DNA of 64,000 nucleotides from Microcoleus sp. GTDB taxonomy: Bacteria > Cyanobacteriota > Cyanobacteriia > Cyanobacteriales > Microcoleaceae. The notes under the pieces were generated by a model. The model had not been told where the DNA came from. It did not search any database and saw nothing but the letters and a program-made list of their open reading frames with translations. Below are positions 53,600-64,000 of this stretch, piece after piece. A program made the translations under genes and the position numbers. The stretch's first letter is position 1, and the number at the start of each line of letters is the position of its first letter. Location: positions 32,001-96,000 of the forward strand of contig JAYFMW010000019.1 of assembly GCA_042408215.1 (NCBI GenBank), given 5' to 3'.

Positions 53600-54316
53600 T
53601 TACTCAGCCGTAGCCAATTCCGTACTGCCACCACCACGCTTCCGCGTCAGGGTATTGAATAGCATTTGACCAACAGCTTTAATCAAATTGCCTTCTAACT
53701 CCATGAACATCTTCATGTTCATGCCAAAAGCTTCATTAGCTTCATCAACAATTCGCTCTGCTGTGGCTTCGTCAATTGGCAGTTCATTCATTGCCTGACG
53801 GTAGTTAGTCTTGAACTCTTTTGGATCGGGAATATCCTCGAATTCATAGAAAGCAGTACCTTCTCCCTCGGTAAGATTCATCCCCCGTTGAGCAATCCCC
53901 TTGAGGATTTGTCCGCCGGATAAATCACCGAGATAACGAGTGTAAGAATGAGCAACTAATAGTTCCGGTGCTGATGCGGAGATTTCATGAATGCGCTGCA
54001 CGTAGGCTTTGGCTGCGGCTGACGGAGCTACTTGTTCCCGCCAATTTGCCCCGTGATAGTACAGCAAATCTTGCTCTAAGGTTTGCTTCCGATTCAACTG
54101 GGAAAAGTAAATTTTTGAAACAACTGGATGCTGTTTTTGGCGTTCCATTTCCTCTTCGATTGCCGAGTAGACAAAGTAGAGGTTTGCTACTAATTTCCGG
54201 TAAGATGTCTTTTCTACAACGCCTTTTAAAAAGCACTTGACAAAACCGACATTTTCTGCCATTGTGTGAGATTTTTTGGTTCCCTCACGCAATTTGGTCG
54301 CTAAATTGATGCTCAT
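53600..54316 (-). CDS. ho1: Heme oxygenase (biliverdin-producing)
   Basis: LREGTKKSHTMAENVGF, HSYTRYLGDLSGGQIL. Confidence 0.95.
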   Translation of the reverse strand: MSINLATKLREGTKKSHTMAENVGFVKCFLKGVVEKTSYRKLVANLYFVYSAIEEEMERQKQHPVVSKIYFSQLNRKQTLEQDLLYYHGANWREQVAPSAAAKAYVQRIHEISASAPELLVAHSYTRYLGDLSGGQILKGIAQRGMNLTEGEGTAFYEFEDIPDPKEFKTNYRQAMNELPIDEATAERIVDEANEAFGMNMKMFMELEGNLIKAVGQMLFNTLTRKRGGGSTELATAE

Positions 54317-54482
54317 AGTATATCGTCCAACTTTCTATTTTTGTGGTAGTTGATGGATGCGCCAACAGTCTTAAAAATACCTAAGTTATTACCTTAGACT
54401 GATTTAATGAGAGATTGTATTAATTTTTATAACAAAACCTCGACTCGGCAGAAGGCATCCGAAGGTAGAAGGCACAAACAGT

Positions 54483-54553
54483 TTAGTCAGTAGTCAGAAG
54501 TCATTAGTTGTTAGCTAATGACTTCTGACTACTGACTACTGACTTCTGACTAA
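54483..54553. repeat. Inverted heptamer-repeat hairpin directly after the gyrB stop
   Basis: TTAGTCAGTAGTCAGAAGTCATTAG ... CTAATGACTTCTGACTACTGACTA; could act as a terminator or mRNA stabiliser. Confidence 0.6.
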
Positions 54554-54554
54554 C

Positions 54555-57824
<3,270 letters not shown>

Positions 57825-57939
57825 CTAAAGCCCCAAAAGCTTCTAAAATGGGAAAACTTCTAAAATCATAGCACAAAACCGTCAAGGGCGATGCTAGGGC
57901 ATTCTGAAGGGAAATTTATCAGGGGGATGGATGGCTTGG

Positions 57940-58026
57940 AGAAGGAAGAACGAAGAAGGAAGAAGGAAGAAGGAAGAAGGAAGTAAGCTATGGAAGAAGG
58001 AAGAAGGAAGAAGAAATAAGGAAGAG
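57940..58026. repeat. Purine heptamer repeats (GAAGAAG/GAAGGAA)n
   Basis: Visible run in the gyrB-miaA divergent intergenic region. Confidence 0.8.
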
Positions 58027-58093
58027 GGGAAATTCAATAAAATCAATGGTTTCAGCAATTGAAAACGTCCGGCTGCACCGAGAAGGTTGCTAT

Positions 58094-58999
58094 ATGTCTA
58101 AATTAATTACGATTTGTGGTGCGACGGCGACGGGGAAGTCGGGAGTGGCTGTGGCTGTGGCTTCGCGGTTGCGATCGCCCATTTTGAGTGCCGACTCCCG
58201 TCAAGTATACCGCGAGTTTGACATCGGGACGGCAAAACCCACAAAGGTCGATCGCACTTTGGTACCGCATCACTTGATTGACATCTGCGAGCCGACAGAA
58301 ACCCTGACTGTCGCAGATTACCAACAGCAAGCTCAAAATTTAATTGCTGCTGTTGATTCTCCTCTGTGTCCTCCTCTGTTGTTGGTGGGAGGGACTGGTT
58401 TGTATATTAAGTCGATCGTGCGCGGTTTGAAAATTCCGAGGGTAGCATCAATGCCAGAATTGCGATCGCAACTTACCGAACTCGGTCAACATCAATGTTA
58501 CCAGATGCTACAGCAAGTCGATCCATCTGCCGCTCAGAAAATTCACCTCAACGACCCAGTAAGAACTTTAAGAGCACTGGAAGTATTTTATGTGACTGGG
58601 CGCTCTATTTCCGAACAGCAGGGCGAAAATCCTCCCAGTTATCCTATTTTACAAATTGGCTTGGATTGCGATATGGAAGTTTTAGTCGATCGCATCAAAC
58701 AGCGCACTGAACAAATGTTAGAATCCGGTTGGTTGACTGAAGTTGAATATTTGTGTCAAAAATACGGCTGCGATTTGCCACTATTGAATACGCTGGGATA
58801 CCAGGAAATGAAACAATATTTGGCGGGTGACATTAAGCTTGAAGAAGCTAAAAAATTAACGGTTTTGCATACACGACAATTTGCGAAGCGTCAGCGGACT
58901 TGGTTTAAAGCTTATTCGGAAATTGAATGGTTTGATGTTAGCACGCCGGATTTGTGCGATCGGGTTTGGCGGAGAGTTGCAGAGTTTTGCGAACAATAA
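58094..58999 (+). CDS. miaA: tRNA dimethylallyltransferase
   Basis: GATATGKS, DSRQVYREFDIGTAKP, VGGTGLY, RALEV, FAKRQRTWF. Confidence 0.96.
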   Translation: MSKLITICGATATGKSGVAVAVASRLRSPILSADSRQVYREFDIGTAKPTKVDRTLVPHHLIDICEPTETLTVADYQQQAQNLIAAVDSPLCPPLLLVGGTGLYIKSIVRGLKIPRVASMPELRSQLTELGQHQCYQMLQQVDPSAAQKIHLNDPVRTLRALEVFYVTGRSISEQQGENPPSYPILQIGLDCDMEVLVDRIKQRTEQMLESGWLTEVEYLCQKYGCDLPLLNTLGYQEMKQYLAGDIKLEEAKKLTVLHTRQFAKRQRTWFKAYSEIEWFDVSTPDLCDRVWRRVAEFCEQ

Positions 59000-59061
59000 G
59001 GATTTTTTTTACCGCAGAGGGCGCAGAGGACGCAGAGAAGGAGTAAGGAGAGATGTAAGTA

Positions 59062-59721
59062 TTATTTTTGATTTGGCAACAATTCTCTAATTCTTTGCCG
59101 AAATAAACGCACAGCCGAACGCTGTCCGATAGTTCTGCTTTGTTCGATGAAACCGGGAATTTCGGCAACTGGTAACAAGGGGAAAGCTAAACTGCGATCG
59201 CACATTTCATATTTTCCCTCTACCAGGTGATCAACTTGCAGAGATTGCCGTTGATATCTCCAAAGTTCGGGAACGCCAAGAGCAGCATATATTGAATCTT
59301 TATTAACAGAAGAATTCGTGTAATCGGATTCTAGCACCAAGTCAGGCGGCGGGTCATTTGGCAAATTGATATTTCGACCTCTAACTAGAGACTCATTTTG
59401 AATGTAGAAACAGGAATCAGGTTCTACAGCACGAGTTAGCTCTTCCCGTTCGAGAGTCAGCGAACCGAGACTCCTAAGTTCTATTTCCAGTTCATCTACA
59501 ATAGCTTCCACAAAGCTTTCTATCAGTCGTTTGGGTTCTTCGTGTTCTTCCAGTGGCATCCTGATTTCTAATACTCCTCTATCGTAAGCAATTCTCCAAG
59601 CTCTATCGTCCCCAACATCTGCGAGCAATGCCTTAAAAGTTGACCAACTGACACCTTTTAAAATAACTCGGTTTTCTGGGGTAATTCGCTGCTCGACGGG
59701 AGTTGATGTTGTTGTTACCAT
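59062..59721 (-). CDS. Uma2 family endonuclease
   Basis: VSWSTF, YDRGVLEIRMP, EPDSCFYI, PPDLVLE, YAALGVPELWRY. Confidence 0.9.
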   Translation of the reverse strand: MVTTTSTPVEQRITPENRVILKGVSWSTFKALLADVGDDRAWRIAYDRGVLEIRMPLEEHEEPKRLIESFVEAIVDELEIELRSLGSLTLEREELTRAVEPDSCFYIQNESLVRGRNINLPNDPPPDLVLESDYTNSSVNKDSIYAALGVPELWRYQRQSLQVDHLVEGKYEMCDRSLAFPLLPVAEIPGFIEQSRTIGQRSAVRLFRQRIRELLPNQK

Positions 59722-59982
59722 TTAACAATTCCTTGGTAGCTTCATCAATTTTTATTGTAGTCGATCGACTGCAAATTTAAGGTAAAATTTACAAACATAG
59801 TGCAGATATCGGGTAGGGACACGGCAGTGCCGTGTCCTGTATTTCATTTTCCTGAAGCGAACAAAAAAGATTTTTTAATTAACCGCAGAGAACGCAGAGG
59901 GCGCAGAGAAAGAGAAAAGAGAGAAATTAATAATTTGAGAAGCCGAAAAGCCTGTTCCTCAAATTACATCTCACGTTCTTAA

Positions 59983-60966
59983 TTAACTGTACAAACTCGC
60001 GACATATTCCCCGTAGCCGTTATAGGGCAAAGTCTCGCGACTTTCCCAGGACCAACTGTTACCGGGCCCCACTATTCTTTCGCTGGCTTGCGACCATCGC
60101 GGGTGCGGTTTGTCGGGATTGACATTTGCCTCGAAACCGTATTCGTTCGGGCCGATTTTATTCCAAAAAGTCGCGGGCTGTTTCTCGACAAATTCAATTT
60201 TGACAATGGATTTTGCACCCTTAAAACCGTACTTCCAAGGAATTACTTGCCGCAGTGGCGCGCCATTTTGTTTGGGTAGTTTTCTGCCGTACAAACCTGT
60301 TGCAAAAAAGGCTAAATCGTTCGCCATTTCTTCAATTCGCATACCTTCCGTATATGGCCAAGGATAGAATTGGGACATCAAACCGGGGCCGGGAGTAATC
60401 TTGGAGTCGTAAAAAGATGTGAAACGAACAAATTTAGCATTAGATTTTGGTTCGACATCAGCCATCAGCAATTTCATCGGAAATCCCACCCAAGGAACTA
60501 CCATCGCCCAGGCTTCTACGCAGCGAAATCGATAGACTCGTTCTTCGATGGGGAATTTTTTTGAGAGTTGGTCAATATCGTAAATGCGGGGATTTTTTAC
60601 TAAACCGCTAACTTCTACTTTCCAGTTTTCGGTTGGCATTGCTTGGGCTGCTTCCCAAATAGATTTTGTGCCTCCGTATTCATAAAAGTTATTGTATTTT
60701 GTAGCTAGGGCTTCGTCTGTAATCTCTCGATCGACTTTAGCGAAGGCGGGATTGCGGGTTAAGCCGGAATATGCTTGAGTTGCGGTTTGTTTCAAAGCTT
60801 CGTTTGATTCAGAATTGCTCTTACAGCCCGCAAGTGGGAGGAGTGAAGCGCTGACACCGGCACCGATTAAATTGGTCATAAAGCGGCGACGGTTGAGAAA
60901 GACTGTTTCTGGGGTAATTTGTCGATCGAGAATTTCCCAAGATTTGGGGACGCGAATTAGTGGCAT
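59983..60966 (-). CDS. msrP: Protein-methionine-sulfoxide reductase catalytic subunit MsrP
   Basis: Tat-like NRRRFM; YNNFYE, ERVYRFRCVEAW, NGAPLR, PWKYGFKGAKSI, HPRWSQA. Confidence 0.95.
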   Translation of the reverse strand: MPLIRVPKSWEILDRQITPETVFLNRRRFMTNLIGAGVSASLLPLAGCKSNSESNEALKQTATQAYSGLTRNPAFAKVDREITDEALATKYNNFYEYGGTKSIWEAAQAMPTENWKVEVSGLVKNPRIYDIDQLSKKFPIEERVYRFRCVEAWAMVVPWVGFPMKLLMADVEPKSNAKFVRFTSFYDSKITPGPGLMSQFYPWPYTEGMRIEEMANDLAFFATGLYGRKLPKQNGAPLRQVIPWKYGFKGAKSIVKIEFVEKQPATFWNKIGPNEYGFEANVNPDKPHPRWSQASERIVGPGNSWSWESRETLPYNGYGEYVASLYS

Positions 60967-61077
60967 ACTTAATAGTTAGAAGTTAGTAGTTAGTGGTTCG
61001 AGAATATTGAACAAGTTATCAAACAGTCCGCAGCGATCGCAACGCAGTGGAGTTGATATTTCGGAATGAATGACAGT

Positions 61078-62378
61078 TTGACATCCACCCCGCGCTCTCT
61101 GCGACGGGGATTCCTAAGACTCACGACTTAGGTTTCTGTTTCATAGCACCAGCCTTAACAGATTTACTCTGTTCGGGTCTTACAGTCGCTCCACAGACAT
61201 TAACCGCAAGCCCTGCGGCCAGAATATTTTTAGCAGCATTTACATCTCTATCGTGATGTGTACCGCACTCTGGACAATCCCACTCTCTGATATTTAAAGG
61301 CAACTTATCCACGATATGTCCACAATGTCCACACCTTTTAGAGCTAGGGAACCATCGGTCAATTTTGACGAAAGTACGACCATACCAGTTGCACTTATAT
61401 TCAAGTTGCCTGACAGTTTCACCCCAAGCAGCATCACTAATTGAGAGAGCGAGTTTTCTGTTTTTGACCAGATTCTTCACCGACAAATCCTCGACGGCAA
61501 TCCCTTGGTTTTCACGAACCAATCGAGTTGTCAATTTGTGAATAAAATCATTGCGTGCGTCGCTAATTTCAGCATAAACTTGAGCGACTTTCAACCTTGC
61601 TTTATGGCGATTGTTAGATCCTTTTTTCTTGCGACTAAGCGCTTTTTGAACTTGACGCAACTTACGGCGCTTAGCCTTGAATGTTTTAGGATTAGCAATC
61701 TTTTCGCCATTACTCAAAGCCATCAAGCTAGTAATACCTAAATCTAGACCAATTTGATTAGGAGATTCAGGCAATATTGCAATCTCAACATCTACCAACA
61801 AAGAGACTGTCCACCGTCCAGAGGGCGAGAGCTTCACCGTAATGGTTGATATTTGGGCACCTTCTGGAAGTTCACGGCTCCATCGGATTTCCAATGGTTG
61901 AGAACATTTTGCTAAATAGACTTTGCTATCTTTCCATCTGAAAGCAGCTTGAGTGAATTCAGCATTGCCGCCGTGATGCTTTTTCTTAAAGTTAGGGTAT
62001 TTTGCCCGTCCTGCAAAGAAATTAGTAAAAGCTTTTTGTAAATGCCTCAAACCTTGTTGTAATGGCACACTGCTAACTTCATTAAGAAACCGCAAGTCTT
62101 CTTGTTTTTTCCAACTGGTTAGCATTGTTGAAGTTTCAGAGTATCCGACTTGCTCTTTTCGTTCATACCATGCCTCAGTCCTTGCGGCTAATGCACGATT
62201 ATAGACTAATCGAGCGCAACCCATCGTCCGTCTCAGCAAGGTTTCTTGCTCAGGCGTTGGATAGAATCGGTACTTAAAAGCTTTTTGTGTCATGCTTACA
62301 TTATATCAGATATTCTGTAAAGTATTTAATTAATATAAAGCCGTCCTAGAAGGACGGGGTTTTAAACCCATTTCTCTG
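61078..62378 (-). mobile_element. IS200/IS605-family element with tnpB only (IS1341-like)
   Basis: Left end hairpin CCGTCCTTCTAGGACGG (~62341-62357) preceded by TTAT; right end hairpin CCCCG...CGGGG followed by TGGATGTCAA; no tnpA within the ends. Confidence 0.8.
61121..62293 (-). CDS. tnpB: RNA-guided endonuclease TnpB
   Basis: KAFKYRFYPT HTH; RuvC residues GLDLG, AVEDL and DRDVNAA; zinc finger CGHC/CPEC. Confidence 0.93.
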   Translation of the reverse strand: MTQKAFKYRFYPTPEQETLLRRTMGCARLVYNRALAARTEAWYERKEQVGYSETSTMLTSWKKQEDLRFLNEVSSVPLQQGLRHLQKAFTNFFAGRAKYPNFKKKHHGGNAEFTQAAFRWKDSKVYLAKCSQPLEIRWSRELPEGAQISTITVKLSPSGRWTVSLLVDVEIAILPESPNQIGLDLGITSLMALSNGEKIANPKTFKAKRRKLRQVQKALSRKKKGSNNRHKARLKVAQVYAEISDARNDFIHKLTTRLVRENQGIAVEDLSVKNLVKNRKLALSISDAAWGETVRQLEYKCNWYGRTFVKIDRWFPSSKRCGHCGHIVDKLPLNIREWDCPECGTHHDRDVNAAKNILAAGLAVNVCGATVRPEQSKSVKAGAMKQKPKS

Positions 62379-62673
62379 ATAACTTAATACCAGTCCCCCA
62401 GACAATCTGAAAATACGGGGCGATGGATTTGAGATTTGGGCTCTGAGAATTGAGTTGAACCGACTAATCTGGGGGGCTTGTACCCTGGCGGCTTACGGCC
62501 AGAAATAATTTACGCGCGATCGCGCCTGACAATTGTGTGCAAAATCTGGGAAACAATTATTATAGATTAAGTTATTGCAATGATCCAATTTGTCCACAGG
62601 AAGCGGCACGCACCGCCCCGCTTTCCTCCCCCAGCAACCCAGACTATGATGGGGGTATCCAGCGGAAAAACAG

Positions 62674-64000
62674 ATGAGTTACTGCATCAATTCCCATTGT
62701 CAGAACCCCCAAAATCTCGATCGCGCGACAGTCTGCAAAAGTTGCGGGTCGAATTTGCTGCTAAAAGGCCGCTACCGAGTCTTTCACACCCTCGGTCAAA
62801 ATCTCGCTGGCCACACATTCTTAGCGGTCGATGAAGACCAACCTTCTCAACCCCGTTGCGTCATTCAACAATTCTTCGATCCAGAAATTGTCGCTGACGG
62901 TCAAAAACAGCTAAATCGGACATTTCGCGCCTCAGCCTCAGTGCTCGACGAGTTGGGAAAACATCCCCAAATACCGAAACTGCTGGCATCTTTTGAACAA
63001 GACGGCTGCCAGTATTTGGTACAAGAATACATCGACGGCCGCAATTTGGCAACTCAACTCTCAGACAAAGGTGTTTTTAAAGAAATTCACATTTGGTATC
63101 TCCTGAGCGAATTGTTGCCCGTACTGCAATTTGTTCACGACAATCAACAGATTCACCGAGATATCAAACCGTCCAATATTATTCACCGCAAATCCCCCCA
63201 AGCTTTGCCAGCTTTGGGAGAAACAGAAAGTCTGGGGGGTCTAGTTTTAGTCGATTTAGGCGCGGCAATTCCTGCTAACAGCGGGCCGCTGAAAACAGAC
63301 ACGGTGACAGGTTCTGCTGAATACGCGGCCCCAGAACAAATTAAAGGTCAAGCTATTCCCAGCAGCGATATCTACAGTTTGGGTGTCACCTGCATCCATT
63401 TGCTAACGGGAATGTCGCCCTTTGATTTGTTTGATCTCAAAGCAGATGATTGGGCCTGGCGGCATTATTTGAAAGTGCCGGTTTCGGCGAGACTAGGCCG
63501 CATTCTAGATCAAATGGTGCACCGCGAAACCTCGAAACGCTATCGCACAGCCTCAGCAATCCTCAAAGACATGAAATACGGCCCCGCACCCGTGGATCTG
63601 ATTCTGGGCCTGCCCAAGTGGACTTTGGGCGCTTGGGCTGGGGCGGTTGGTGTCCTGGTATCGCTGGTGTTGGGCTCTCGTTTCCAGTCTCAGCAACCGC
63701 AGGCATTCACTTATCAAGAACCTGCTGCTATTCCCGAAATTCGGTTTAATCCCCCGCCCATGTCGGAGTTCAAGAGTCAGATATCGATCGAGCCTGCTGC
63801 GGTGCGAACTCTGGCGACTCTGGACAAAAATCCGGTTTGGGCTGTGGCTGTCAGCCCCAATGGCCGGGTGATAGTCAGCGGAAATAACGACGGGACAATT
63901 CGCCTGCTGCACAAGCGTCACGGTAAAGTGCTGAAGGTTTTAGCCGGACATTTGGCCCCGGTGTGGTCGGTGGCTGTTAGTCCCGATGGCAGGACGATCG
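62674..64000 (+). CDS. Ser/Thr kinase-like (probably pseudokinase) protein with 4-Cys N-terminus, TM helix and WD40 repeats; partial at window edge
   Basis: Manual translation: MSYCINSHC...CKSCG, HRDIKPSN, DLG, YAAPEQ, SDIYSLG, hydrophobic segment, VWAVAVSPNG, GHLAPVWSVAVSPDG; no stop before 64000. Confidence 0.88.
   Translation, partial: MSYCINSHCQNPQNLDRATVCKSCGSNLLLKGRYRVFHTLGQNLAGHTFLAVDEDQPSQPRCVIQQFFDPEIVADGQKQLNRTFRASASVLDELGKHPQIPKLLASFEQDGCQYLVQEYIDGRNLATQLSDKGVFKEIHIWYLLSELLPVLQFVHDNQQIHRDIKPSNIIHRKSPQALPALGETESLGGLVLVDLGAAIPANSGPLKTDTVTGSAEYAAPEQIKGQAIPSSDIYSLGVTCIHLLTGMSPFDLFDLKADDWAWRHYLKVPVSARLGRILDQMVHRETSKRYRTASAILKDMKYGPAPVDLILGLPKWTLGAWAGAVGVLVSLVLGSRFQSQQPQAFTYQEPAAIPEIRFNPPPMSEFKSQISIEPAAVRTLATLDKNPVWAVAVSPNGRVIVSGNNDGTIRLLHKRHGKVLKVLAGHLAPVWSVAVSPDGRTI

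Noticed and set aside
54415..54435. Possible NtcA-type site upstream of ho1 (TGTATTAATTTTTATAACA)
   Set aside because: Does not match GTA-N8-TAC exactly; an AT-rich chance match cannot be excluded.

Overview
Chromosomal window from a filamentous cyanobacterium. Dense GCGATCGC (HIP1) sites, heptamer tandem repeats and GTAG-type palindromic repeats suggest a Microcoleus/Oscillatoriales-like host (inference). Housekeeping genes include mfd, an NAD kinase, cobN, livF/livG-like ATPases, heme oxygenase, gyrB with a 435-aa HNH-type intein, miaA and msrP. Accessory content includes: an sxtI-J-K-like carbamoyltransferase/SGNH cassette; cobN carrying several in-frame palindromic-repeat arrays; toxin-antitoxin and Uma2 genes; a decaying locus with a circularly permuted tRNA-like (YrlA/Y RNA-like) RNA next to an atypical tRNA-Lys(CTT); a stand-alone tnpB element; and a probable pseudokinase-WD40 gene running off the right edge. 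The strongest candidate for an undescribed system is a co-directional ~11 kb, 10-gene cluster at 42382-53398. It encodes a Gly/Ala-rich-TM coiled-coil protein, an NrdG-like radical SAM protein, three tandem TRAFAC-type GTPases, a TM/peptidoglycan-binding-like protein, a multi-TM/FHA-like protein, an exported vWA protein, a small Pro-rich protein and a Ycf46-like AAA+ ATPase. Five apparent frameshifts, four of them in short G/C runs, may be assembly errors. All product calls come from motif recognition by eye; no database searches were run.
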